Shown: in pieces, positions 26,966 to 35,183 of the stretch
Position numbering within the stretch: position 1 is the stretch's first letter
Layout: every line of letters starts with the position of its first letter
Virus record (IMG/VR): IMGVR_UViG_3300025723_001637
Coordinates: 1 to 47,065 of that record
Source of the DNA: a virus
Taxonomy: Duplodnaviria; Caudoviricetes
Direction: 5' to 3' (one strand)
DNA: 47,065 bases
The notes under the pieces: generated by a model
Seen by the model: only the letters and a program-made list of their open reading frames with translations
Databases searched by the model: none
What the model was told of the DNA's origin: nothing
Program-made: the position numbers and the translations under genes

Positions 26966-27738
26966 TATCGTATGGTCACTTGACCAATCACTGCACCCGG
27001 TTTTTGTAGTGCCGCATCTCTGCGAGCTTTGTATTCCTCGTTGTCAACCGGCAACAAATTCACCGTGGTCACTGCAGATGTTGTTTCCGCAATTGGCGCC
27101 ACCACAGGAGCAGGTGCGGCCTGGCTCACTGGACGAGATTTAGTCTGCGGTTGTGTTTCGCGATCCAGCTCACGTTGTAATGCTTCGTCCGAATCATTGC
27201 TTTGACTTTGTTGTTGCAAGCGATCCTTGAGCAATCTATTGGCATCTCCCACTGGATAACGCACCAGGATAAATGTTCTGTAGTTGCGATTTTCGCTGAC
27301 AACTCGGGCATCTTCAATTCTGTAGCCTGTCATCACAGTGTTGGCAATGATTTTCTTCACAGTCAAACTGGTCTTGTCTGTGACCACTGATCCTGCGTTG
27401 TCTGATTTTTGTTGCTTGACCATGGCATTCAATGCACCATTTAAGGTGTCTGCCAATTTCATCTGACTGTCTAAAACTGCTTTTTCACGACTCATGGCCA
27501 AGTCAGAACTGTAGCCTGTGCCAGCAAACCAAATATAGTCGTCGGTAGCAGCAGGAGGTTTGATATACCAACTAGGTAAATCAATTGTAAGTGGGCTATC
27601 TACCTTGCCGGCGGCCGCAATGGTCTGATCCTTGGTCACAGGAGGTGTCGGCGACGGAATTGCGGCTGTGTTGAGTGGAACGGTTGTAGAACAACCTACC
27701 AGGGCCGCAACTGCGGTAGCAATAATTAGACGTTTCAT
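26965..27738 (-). CDS. Lipoprotein (LPP20-like)
   Basis: Lipobox LVGC; 'LPSWY...AGTGYSSDLAMSREKA'; AGGAG SD. Confidence 0.75.
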   Translation of the reverse strand: MKRLIIATAVAALVGCSTTVPLNTAAIPSPTPPVTKDQTIAAAGKVDSPLTIDLPSWYIKPPAATDDYIWFAGTGYSSDLAMSREKAVLDSQMKLADTLNGALNAMVKQQKSDNAGSVVTDKTSLTVKKIIANTVMTGYRIEDARVVSENRNYRTFILVRYPVGDANRLLKDRLQQQSQSNDSDEALQRELDRETQPQTKSRPVSQAAPAPVVAPIAETTSAVTTVNLLPVDNEEYKARRDAALQKPGAVIGQVTIR

Positions 27739-27770
27739 GATTTCTCCTGTGGATGTGATCTAATAAAATA

Positions 27771-27799
27771 ATTGTAACAGATTCTTTACCATTTGTCAA
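27771..27799 (-). promoter_or_regulatory. Sigma70 promoter
   Basis: TTGACA-17 nt-TACAAT. Confidence 0.7.
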
Positions 27800-28349
27800 C
27801 TACTTGCCATTCGTCATCACGAATTCGGCAAATGATACCTTGTCGTTGTATGATATCTCCCACACTGGGTTCAGTTTCTATAAACCACCGACAAAAGGTA
27901 TTCTTGTATTCAAATCTACGTGGGTAGGTAGGATGTGGTGCGACTTCACTTTCCCGTATTTGATCACCAATCTTTACTGCATGAGTTCGGGCTATGCTTT
28001 GATCAGTGCAAACCATGTCTTGTTCCACACTTACAGAATTCACACCAGATTGAGTTAGAAATTTTCTACGACTGGAGTTCAAGGCCTGGGTGCACAGTGG
28101 GTCAGTATTTGGAACTCGTGGTCCAACGGCTTCGCCTTCAATGGTGTACCATTCTCCAGCCACTTGCGCTCGAAAGTTTACCACACATTTGTTTTGCGTG
28201 TCTCCCACAGGCGTCACTGTTTTTTGTATGTTGGCAATGGCCACCATTTGATCTTGAACACGATTGTTCATGGCAATACGACTGTAACAGTCAGCCTGAG
28301 CTGAATTCACAAACAATGCTAGAACGATTAAAGATAGCCTGCTGGACAT
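27786..28349 (-). CDS. Exported hypothetical protein
   Basis: Signal peptide ending AQA-DC; six Cys; GAGG SD. Confidence 0.7.
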   Translation of the reverse strand: MSSRLSLIVLALFVNSAQADCYSRIAMNNRVQDQMVAIANIQKTVTPVGDTQNKCVVNFRAQVAGEWYTIEGEAVGPRVPNTDPLCTQALNSSRRKFLTQSGVNSVSVEQDMVCTDQSIARTHAVKIGDQIRESEVAPHPTYPRRFEYKNTFCRWFIETEPSVGDIIQRQGIICRIRDDEWQVVDKW

Positions 28350-28579
28350 GTTGACCTCAACCACCAAATGGTATTTTTAACATTGTTGACCCACTGCCGA
28401 TCTTGGGCAGTTTCGGGCCAACCTCGACGACTGGTTTGAAATATGGCAAATTGTTGTTCCAGATATGGAATCTGTGTTCTGGCAGTGGCACAGGTAGGAG
28501 GGCCATAACTGACTGGTACTGGCGGTACTGTGCTACACCCAACAACTGCCATTGCCAAAAATACTGCCAAGATTTTCAT
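28328..28579 (-). CDS. Small lipoprotein
   Basis: MKILAVFLAMAVVGC lipobox. Confidence 0.65.
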   Translation of the reverse strand: MKILAVFLAMAVVGCSTVPPVPVSYGPPTCATARTQIPYLEQQFAIFQTSRRGWPETAQDRQWVNNVKNTIWWLRSTCPAGYL

Positions 28580-28584
28580 CTGCT

Positions 28585-28989
28585 TCACCATGAACTGTTG
28601 TAAAACACTCGCATGCCCATGAACAACTCATATCGAGCAGTCTTGATAAATTCCAAATCTTGTGCTTGATAGTATTCGGCAGAATCATCACCAAAGAAGA
28701 ATCCCGATGTTTGAGGCAGTGCATTATCCAGCACATCTTGCTCAAGATTGTCAAGATCTTCACGGAACAATTCTAGCTCATCGCCATTGAAACTACCTTC
28801 GTTGCCACGCCGGTTCCACAATTGTCGCATCCACCCGTGTAGGTTAGGATGCTTGCGCCAATAGGCCAATTCTCTAGGTGCAGTGACATTGGGGTTTACA
28901 GCTTCGCCATCAATGTATTCGGCACCCTTGTAGAACTCACTAGACTGGCCTTGCTTGACTGCGGCATACGCATACATATCTAATCCCAT
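28585..28989 (-). CDS. Conserved phage hypothetical protein
   Basis: 'MGLDMY...YWRKHPNLHGWM...LPQTSGFFFG...YNSSW'. Confidence 0.8.
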   Translation of the reverse strand: MGLDMYAYAAVKQGQSSEFYKGAEYIDGEAVNPNVTAPRELAYWRKHPNLHGWMRQLWNRRGNEGSFNGDELELFREDLDNLEQDVLDNALPQTSGFFFGDDSAEYYQAQDLEFIKTARYELFMGMRVFYNSSW

Positions 28990-28990
28990 A

Positions 28991-29182
28991 TCATACTCCT
29001 TTTAAATTTTTAATATAATTAATTACCCGGCTAGCCTCAGGAAATCCTTGATCTTGCTTGCCACGCATGACGGCTTCTTCCAACTGTTGTTGCATGTGCT
29101 GAACTGCCGTAAAGTATATGCCCACCTGTGCTGTGGTCAGTATCATGTCAGAACGATACGTGAATATTTTTTTAGGTTCCAT
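28991..29182 (-). CDS. Hypothetical protein
   Basis: TAATG-coupled ORF. Confidence 0.65.
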   Translation of the reverse strand: MEPKKIFTYRSDMILTTAQVGIYFTAVQHMQQQLEEAVMRGKQDQGFPEASRVINYIKNLKGV

Positions 29183-29442
29183 TACAGTGCTCCAAGATAG
29201 GGACTGTAGATTTCTTCTTCAGCCTCAGCACGTTCAGCAGGCACCACAAAATCAAATGCATACTCATTGCCTATCACATTGATTCGCACACACCCAGGAT
29301 AGTCATGTGCCAGCCTATGATAGATTGTGCGAGCCTGTGCTTCGTTGCACTTGACAAAAAGAGTGCCATTGTAAAATTCAGCGTGGCCACAAAATCCCAT
29401 GGCACCGGCTACCTTGTTTAGAATTGTGTTTTCAAATATCAT
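29182..29442 (-). CDS. Hypothetical protein
   Basis: ORF with AAGGA SD. Confidence 0.7.
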   Translation of the reverse strand: MIFENTILNKVAGAMGFCGHAEFYNGTLFVKCNEAQARTIYHRLAHDYPGCVRINVIGNEYAFDFVVPAERAEAEEEIYSPYLGAL

Positions 29443-29452
29443 GTTTGATTCC

Positions 29453-29707
29453 TTACATTTTGTTTGACAATTTAACTGTCAAATTTTTACTGTTACGACT
29501 GAATTTTGCCACAGGTGTTGTAGCACCAGCCATAAAGAAAAGACCATTGATGACATGCAATAGTTTCACATCATCGCCCCAGATGCCGCCGACGGCAGTA
29601 ACGGTTAGAGTTTTATATGTTTTATATTCACGAGTGCGAACATAATATTTTTCGTACGATCTCAAAATTGATCGTACCATTTTTTCTGCTGGAAATGAAA
29701 CTATCAT
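29453..29707 (-). CDS. Hypothetical protein
   Basis: ORF with AGGAG SD. Confidence 0.65.
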   Translation of the reverse strand: MIVSFPAEKMVRSILRSYEKYYVRTREYKTYKTLTVTAVGGIWGDDVKLLHVINGLFFMAGATTPVAKFSRNSKNLTVKLSNKM

Positions 29708-29709
29708 TG

Positions 29710-29910
29710 TTAACTCCTGACAATGTCAAAAATACTATTTTGCAAACGAGCCACGTCTTCACGTTCAACGTAAAAATCTGTGGTGGGGTCATAGTACTCG
29801 CCGGCCTTGGGATCATAGTAGAGAACCTGACCGTTGGGATAGTGAAATGGCCCTTCAAGTCCTGCACGAGGACCGTAGTCGTTGTTGTGTTTGAAAACAT
29901 AGTAGGACAT
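29710..29910 (-). CDS. Hypothetical protein
   Basis: 'GLEGPFHYPNGQVLYYDPKAGEYYDPTTDFY'; AAGAG upstream. Confidence 0.75.
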   Translation of the reverse strand: MSYYVFKHNNDYGPRAGLEGPFHYPNGQVLYYDPKAGEYYDPTTDFYVEREDVARLQNSIFDIVRS

Positions 29911-29919
29911 GTTGACTCC

Positions 29920-30192
29920 TTAAACTAGATCAACTTGAATTTGACGATTACGAATAGTAGCACCAAGCCCGACAGGCATGATACCACCACCTTGTTTTTC
30001 TGCTTGGCGAATATTAGCCAATTTTTCCATGGCCTCCCAACACAGACTGCGAGCATTGACTGTGGCAAACTGCTCGCTCATTTGCTGAATTGTCATGTAC
30101 ATACCGATGTCATTCTCGGAGCCATCGCCTTTGAAAATTACACGGAATTTTTGGCTGTTTTTAAAGCCTTTGATAATCTGTTTTCTGCGCAT
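29920..30192 (-). CDS. Hypothetical protein (first gene after an early promoter)
   Basis: AAGGAG SD. Confidence 0.75.
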   Translation of the reverse strand: MRRKQIIKGFKNSQKFRVIFKGDGSENDIGMYMTIQQMSEQFATVNARSLCWEAMEKLANIRQAEKQGGGIMPVGLGATIRNRQIQVDLV

Positions 30193-30200
30193 TTTTGGGC

Positions 30201-30280
30201 TCCTTTGTTTCTTACTATGCTGTTATTATAGCAAATTGGGTGTTTTTGGTCAACCGTTTTGTGTTGTTTTTGCACAACAC
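30201..30280 (-). promoter_or_regulatory. Early promoter cassette 1
   Basis: GTGTTG-N8-CAACAC, then TTGACC-17 nt-TATAAT, then AACAGCATAGTAAGAAA and SD. Confidence 0.85.
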
Positions 30281-30681
30281 TATGCTTCCAGGGCTCTGCG
30301 CAGAACAATTTCTTGCTGGGCAAAGGCCTGAATTTCCCAGGGTTGATCAAGATATGGATAATCTTTGCGATAGTAACGACCATTCCACTTTCGACCTTTT
30401 TTGGTGATTTTTAGTGTGCCACGGGCCAATTGTGCCACGTGAGTAAGTTCGTGTGCCAGGGTGGCGCCTAATGCCAGTAAGTCTTTGCAAGGGCGAAGCA
30501 CAACCAAATAAGTGTCAATGCCTGTGAGTGGCACAGTGGTGCCTAGATCTTCTAATTCTGGATCCAATTTGATGTGGAGTAATTTACGACTTCTAGTGAG
30601 ATTTAACTGTGCCAACATGGATGGCAAAAGATTTTCAACATACCGGGCGGCACGACTGCGACCTTCAACGTAAAATTCCAT
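30280..30681 (-). CDS. Zincin-like metallopeptidase
   Basis: 'TLAHELTHVAQ' (HExxH) and 'PWEIQA'. Confidence 0.75.
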   Translation of the reverse strand: MEFYVEGRSRAARYVENLLPSMLAQLNLTRSRKLLHIKLDPELEDLGTTVPLTGIDTYLVVLRPCKDLLALGATLAHELTHVAQLARGTLKITKKGRKWNGRYYRKDYPYLDQPWEIQAFAQQEIVLRRALEA

Positions 30682-30686
30682 GTGAA

Positions 30687-30763
30687 CTCCTGTTTTCTTA
30701 CTATGCTGTTATTATAGCAAATGAGCGATTTTGTGTCAAATTCAGTGTGGCTTTTGCACAACA
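30687..30763 (-). promoter_or_regulatory. Early promoter cassette 2
   Basis: TGTTG-N8-CCACA, then TTGACA-17 nt-TATAAT; shares ATTTGCTATAATAACAGCATAGTAAGAAA with cassette 1. Confidence 0.85.
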
Positions 30764-30982
30764 TCAAGTTCCGTAGGTGCCCCATGCTGGCATTTGACTA
30801 AACCATTCTTGAGCTCCATAACTCATATCTGTATATTCCATTTTGCCTTGTTGCATTTTGACGATTTCCGCTCGCTCTTGAATCATCTTGTCTAGACGTT
30901 TTTTATTAAAGTCGCCGGTGTATTCGGAAAACATATGGATGTTGAAATCAACAGTTTCTAATACCTTGTCTACATTTTTCAT
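30764..30982 (-). CDS. Hypothetical protein
   Basis: ORF with AAGGA SD. Confidence 0.7.
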   Translation of the reverse strand: MKNVDKVLETVDFNIHMFSEYTGDFNKKRLDKMIQERAEIVKMQQGKMEYTDMSYGAQEWFSQMPAWGTYGT

Positions 30983-30991
30983 GTGGGATCC

Positions 30992-31219
30992 TTACAACAA
31001 TTTTACAATTAAACCTACTGTATAAATTACAAGTATTGTGGCATTGATCACTATCAAACTGGGTTTCTGCCACATGATGGCCACAACGAGCCAAATTAGG
31101 GTGCCAACGTTGAGTAATATTGGTCCTAATGGATAATAGTTGAGTGAAGTAAACAAGGCTCCCACAATGCAAACTGCGGTAGCCAACCATTCTAAATAAA
31201 AGTCTATTTTGCGATTCAT
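30992..31219 (-). CDS. Small membrane protein (3 TM)
   Basis: Hydrophobic; leaderless start 6 nt after the -10. Confidence 0.7.
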   Translation of the reverse strand: MNRKIDFYLEWLATAVCIVGALFTSLNYYPLGPILLNVGTLIWLVVAIMWQKPSLIVINATILVIYTVGLIVKLL

Positions 31220-31225
31220 GCAGCA

Positions 31226-31280
31226 ATTGTAGCATGATGCAATTTTGATGTCAAATTGATATGTTGCGTAAATGCAACAC
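31226..31280 (-). promoter_or_regulatory. Early promoter cassette 3
   Basis: TGTTG-N8-CAACA, then TTGACA-17 nt-TACAAT. Confidence 0.8.
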
Positions 31281-32258
31281 TTATGTGTTCAGACCTTTGG
31301 CCCAGTGTGTATGAGTGGTAGGCGATACTATGTTGGCTGCCTCGCTTGAAGTATATGTAGCAGGAATTAAATTTGCACTAGGGGTAGCAGGAATAGGATT
31401 GGCCGGAATCGTGTTATTGGTGGTCACTCCTGCACTGCGTAGTGCTTGCATGTTGCGGCCTTCTCTGAGAACTCCTACTATGCATTGGCCAGTCAACGTG
31501 CTTTGATCAGACAGTGCTTCAATATAGGCTGACATGCCACCTTCTGCTGTATCCAATGCATAGGTAGGTAAGCTATAAATAAAACCAAATACAGAATTTT
31601 GCGAATTAGCAGTTTGTTGAGCAAAATTTACATTGGCAGAATATTGTACGTATTGTTCATTGGCAAACTGTTGCCCCATACCAAACCATTGATTATTCAT
31701 AGTGGTGGTTTGTTGAGGATATGATGTTACCAAGGAAGCTATATCGCTTTGAGCGCCTGGTATAAGTGCTTGATTAAAACAAGCACTTTCGTCATCATAA
31801 CGTCCTGCATATCGGCCACTTGGGATAATCACATAATATCCAAGATCTGTAGGAATGTTATACACACCGTTTACACAATTTAACATTACTTGATAGGTAG
31901 CCTCTAGCGTGCTAGTATTCATGGTAGAGATGTTGACTACGGCATTGGCCATAGGATCTGTATATCCAATGCCTGACGGTGCACCAATGGCATTGACTAT
32001 GTTTGTGTTAGAAGTTGAAAAACTTCCATTGTTAAAAGTTGTAGTATAGTAACTTGCTATGTCATTAGGCACTGGTTGAGACAGTGCGGTCACCAGTGGT
32101 AAATCTTTTGTGGTTTCCAAGGCTGATATCACATTTGCCATGACCGGCAACGGATTATTAGAAATGCCTGAAATTTGTTGAAATGCCACACTCAATGCTT
32201 TATTGGCCAAGGCTTGATCAGGCGGAATAATTTGTTGTAATCTATCGAGTGCAATCAT
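31281..32258 (-). CDS. Putative virion structural protein
   Basis: Asn/Thr/Ser/Ala-rich with low charge; in the run downstream of PAAR. Confidence 0.6.
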   Translation of the reverse strand: MIALDRLQQIIPPDQALANKALSVAFQQISGISNNPLPVMANVISALETTKDLPLVTALSQPVPNDIASYYTTTFNNGSFSTSNTNIVNAIGAPSGIGYTDPMANAVVNISTMNTSTLEATYQVMLNCVNGVYNIPTDLGYYVIIPSGRYAGRYDDESACFNQALIPGAQSDIASLVTSYPQQTTTMNNQWFGMGQQFANEQYVQYSANVNFAQQTANSQNSVFGFIYSLPTYALDTAEGGMSAYIEALSDQSTLTGQCIVGVLREGRNMQALRSAGVTTNNTIPANPIPATPSANLIPATYTSSEAANIVSPTTHTHWAKGLNT

Positions 32259-33241
32259 GTCACAGTACTCACTACGTAAGCAGGCAATTGTGTGGCCAAT
32301 TCTGCATTGACGTCACCAGCACTGGTAAGGTACACAGGCTGAATACCATTGGTAGTCGGCACTGTCATACTTTGAAAACTGTTAGGAAACAACTTGACTG
32401 GATTGAGTAAATCTGCCATGGTTGTAATGCCCACAGTTTTGACATTCAACACACTTAAAATTTGAGCCAATGTCGATCCTGTAATCTGTGTCATAGCAGT
32501 ATACATTAATTTCTGATCCGAATCGCCGACTGCTATGTTGGTGTTTGATAAATTAACCACAGTATCTTGCGAGATACCAACCAAGGTAAACGCCACACTC
32601 AATGCAGGAATAATTCCCACCACATTGTAAATTTGTCTGACCAATGCCAATGGGCTGCCGAGATCATCCAAGTTATTGGTGTTGATTAATTGTCCAAGAT
32701 TGGAAAGATCTTGTCCAAATGCCTGAGTAGCTAAATTGACTGAACTCACCGATCCAGTAATCATGGCATCCATACCAGTGAATGTATTGCCAAGATATGT
32801 TTGCCCATTTATGGCACTGTTGACAATGGTACCAAGTTGTCCATTATATCCTTGTACCTGGCTTAAAGTTTGGCAAAATTTACTAACATCCCCTTCACCT
32901 AATATTTTATTAGCTGAGTTGATTACCACCGATGTAAATCCTACAATAAGATTGCTGACTTGATCTTCTGGGCTGAGAGTTAAAGTGTATGTACTAGGAA
33001 TCGAATCGGCCAATGCAGGACACGTATTGGCCGCTAACAGATTCAAAGCTACCACAGTACTAGGCGAAAGAACAGATAGTCCTGTATTGATCACGGTCAA
33101 AATTGTGTTGATTATATTGACATTGCTGTAGTTACTGATTGCATTGGTTAACCCAGCATTTATGGCAAGTCCTTGATTTTGTAACAGTCCTGCACCGGCA
33201 TTAACCTGTAATGGAGTTAATATACTAGGATTATCGGCCAT
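32255..33241 (-). CDS. Putative virion structural protein
   Basis: Similar composition; adjacent to PAAR. Confidence 0.6.
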   Translation of the reverse strand: MADNPSILTPLQVNAGAGLLQNQGLAINAGLTNAISNYSNVNIINTILTVINTGLSVLSPSTVVALNLLAANTCPALADSIPSTYTLTLSPEDQVSNLIVGFTSVVINSANKILGEGDVSKFCQTLSQVQGYNGQLGTIVNSAINGQTYLGNTFTGMDAMITGSVSSVNLATQAFGQDLSNLGQLINTNNLDDLGSPLALVRQIYNVVGIIPALSVAFTLVGISQDTVVNLSNTNIAVGDSDQKLMYTAMTQITGSTLAQILSVLNVKTVGITTMADLLNPVKLFPNSFQSMTVPTTNGIQPVYLTSAGDVNAELATQLPAYVVSTVT

Positions 33242-33245
33242 TAAT

Positions 33246-33536
33246 TTATCCTACTATCACATCAAAACTGCCAAGACTTCGACTATGAAAACATGAATCA
33301 AAATCTCCAGTGGTGCAAATAGGTCTACCATTAACCAACACTGTAGGATTTGTACTTGTGGTTTGTGCATGACAGTGCAATGGAGGACAGTTAGGAACTC
33401 CGCAACAAAAATGTGGAGTCACTGCCTCGCCTAATGTGGCCACTGGTCTACCATTGACTAACACTGTTGGATCGCCTGACATAATAATACCACCCATGAT
33501 GTTGGCATCTCCTACTCGTTGCACTGGCCCTGGCAT
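33246..33536 (-). CDS. PAAR-like spike tip protein
   Basis: 'QRVGD', 'VLVNGRPVATLG..VTPH', 'VLVNGRPICTTGD..SCFH'. Confidence 0.88.
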   Translation of the reverse strand: MPGPVQRVGDANIMGGIIMSGDPTVLVNGRPVATLGEAVTPHFCCGVPNCPPLHCHAQTTSTNPTVLVNGRPICTTGDFDSCFHSRSLGSFDVIVG

Positions 33537-33539
33537 GTT

Positions 33540-33845
33540 TTATCCTAATAAAATTTTACTACTGTTGCGAACTGCTTTGATTCCGGTAGTTGCTTCCAGA
33601 TAATGATCACAAACTTCTTCACGTGTTTCACAGATCATTGCAATTGCTGTTTTATTTATAGTGATATTTTGTTTGGGATCACCAGTGAACACTGTAAAAA
33701 TCAGTTGTATGCCTTTTTCAGTTGGGACCGCACTAAGTGGATTTTCTACCACATAATGATCTTGATTGTCTTGTGTAATTTTGGCAACCACCTCATCTGC
33801 ATTGGTTAGTTTTAGTGTATAAACTTTGTTTAATTCAATATTCAT
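33540..33845 (-). CDS. Hypothetical protein (Sm-like pattern)
   Basis: 'TLKLTNADEVVAK...YLEATTGI'; start reassigned to MNIELNK. Confidence 0.7.
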   Translation of the reverse strand: MNIELNKVYTLKLTNADEVVAKITQDNQDHYVVENPLSAVPTEKGIQLIFTVFTGDPKQNITINKTAIAMICETREEVCDHYLEATTGIKAVRNSSKILLG

Positions 33846-34071
33846 GTTGACCTTGTAAGTGTTGGCGAAGTTCTGTAAACCCACCAATATAATTATCGTC
33901 AATAAAAATCTGGGGCAAAGTTCTTGCAGTGGGCACTGCCTCTAACAGTTGTTCCTTGGTATAATTTTTATTGATGTTGCGTTCTTGGTAATCTATTCCT
34001 TTTGATTCAAGCAGATTTTTTGCTTGAACACAATAGGGGCAGTGATCTTTGCTCCATACTATAGCTGTCAT
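33835..34071 (-). CDS. Glutaredoxin
   Basis: CPYC, 'RTLPQIFI', 'IGGF'. Confidence 0.95.
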   Translation of the reverse strand: MTAIVWSKDHCPYCVQAKNLLESKGIDYQERNINKNYTKEQLLEAVPTARTLPQIFIDDNYIGGFTELRQHLQGQHEY

Positions 34072-34082
34072 GATTGTTTTCC

Positions 34083-35183
34083 TTATAAATTTGGTAATTC
34101 GTCATAGTCAAGCTGATCGCTCATAACTCCAATGACATAATTAGTAGACTCTGATTCTTGAAGTGCTGTTTGCTTGTTTGACGTATTGGCATGTTTGTTG
34201 AACCAAGGTATAGGTGTGGTTTTGGGGGCAGGTGTAAGATATTTGATTCCAATATCTTTCAAAGCCGCTGCGGCAGTATAGTCAACAAATTCTTTTAGTA
34301 TCGCGGCATTTAACCCAATCACTGGTCCTTTGTTGAACAAATAATCGGCCCACTGTTTTTCTTCTCGAATAACATCTAGATAGAGTTGGTAGACTTCCGA
34401 CTCACACTGAGCCTTTATACTTGCAAACCGCGGATCTTCTTTGACTACCTGATTTATAATCCAAGCAGTCCAGTCCTTATGCAGTAATTCATCTTGCAAA
34501 ATCAAACTGATTATATTTCCATTGCCAATGAATATGCGATTCTCTACCATGGCCAAACTGGTAGCAAATGACACCATGAAACGGAAAGCTTCCAGTGCAT
34601 AGCTGGCATTCAGTGCCAACCATATAGCTCGGATATGTTCTTCTTCTGAATATTGCCCAGTGGTTTCTTTTAGGCAATTCATCATGTGCAGTTTATCATA
34701 GTAGTCGCCAACACTGCTGGCCATATCTATAATTTCCTGCGTGTCGTGAATGGTGTTAAACACATCTTTGGGCACATTATAGATATTTCTAATAATATGA
34801 CTGTAGCTACGACTATGTATATTTGTTTCAAAAAAGCCCCAATTGTACATCAAACTCTCAAGCTCAGGAATACTGCAAACAGGAGTGAATACTTGCGTGG
34901 GGCCACGGCCCTGTAAACTGTCCAAAGCAGTTTGCCTCAACAAATTACTAGTAAAAATATGTTTGACAGTGTCTGTAGCATCTTTGAAATCTTGACTGTC
35001 CTTGGTCAAATTTATTTCTTCTGGGATCCAAAAGAATCCACGAGCTTCTTGTTCAAACTTGGTGAGTTTGTTGTATTTGACTTCTTCAAATCTTTGTATG
35101 GTCACTGGGCCGGCTGGATCCAGAAACATTTTGCGTGTTAAATATTCAGTTTTTGTTTTTAAATTGTATTGTGCTTTGCTCAT
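34083..35183 (-). CDS. nrdB: Ribonucleotide reductase class Ia beta subunit
   Basis: 'FFWIPEE', 'LDSLQGR', 'ETNIHSRSY', 'LEAFRFMVSF', 'DELLH', 'QESESTNY'. Confidence 0.96.
   Translation of the reverse strand: MSKAQYNLKTKTEYLTRKMFLDPAGPVTIQRFEEVKYNKLTKFEQEARGFFWIPEEINLTKDSQDFKDATDTVKHIFTSNLLRQTALDSLQGRGPTQVFTPVCSIPELESLMYNWGFFETNIHSRSYSHIIRNIYNVPKDVFNTIHDTQEIIDMASSVGDYYDKLHMMNCLKETTGQYSEEEHIRAIWLALNASYALEAFRFMVSFATSLAMVENRIFIGNGNIISLILQDELLHKDWTAWIINQVVKEDPRFASIKAQCESEVYQLYLDVIREEKQWADYLFNKGPVIGLNAAILKEFVDYTAAAALKDIGIKYLTPAPKTTPIPWFNKHANTSNKQTALQESESTNYVIGVMSDQLDYDELPNL

Noticed and set aside
30138-30785. ORFs 30138-30383 and 30603-30785 sharing 'ICYNNSIVR'
   Set aside because: The similarity is translation of the repeated promoter DNA, not a protein family. 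The 'VDQK..CYN' extension at 2741-2803 has the same cause.
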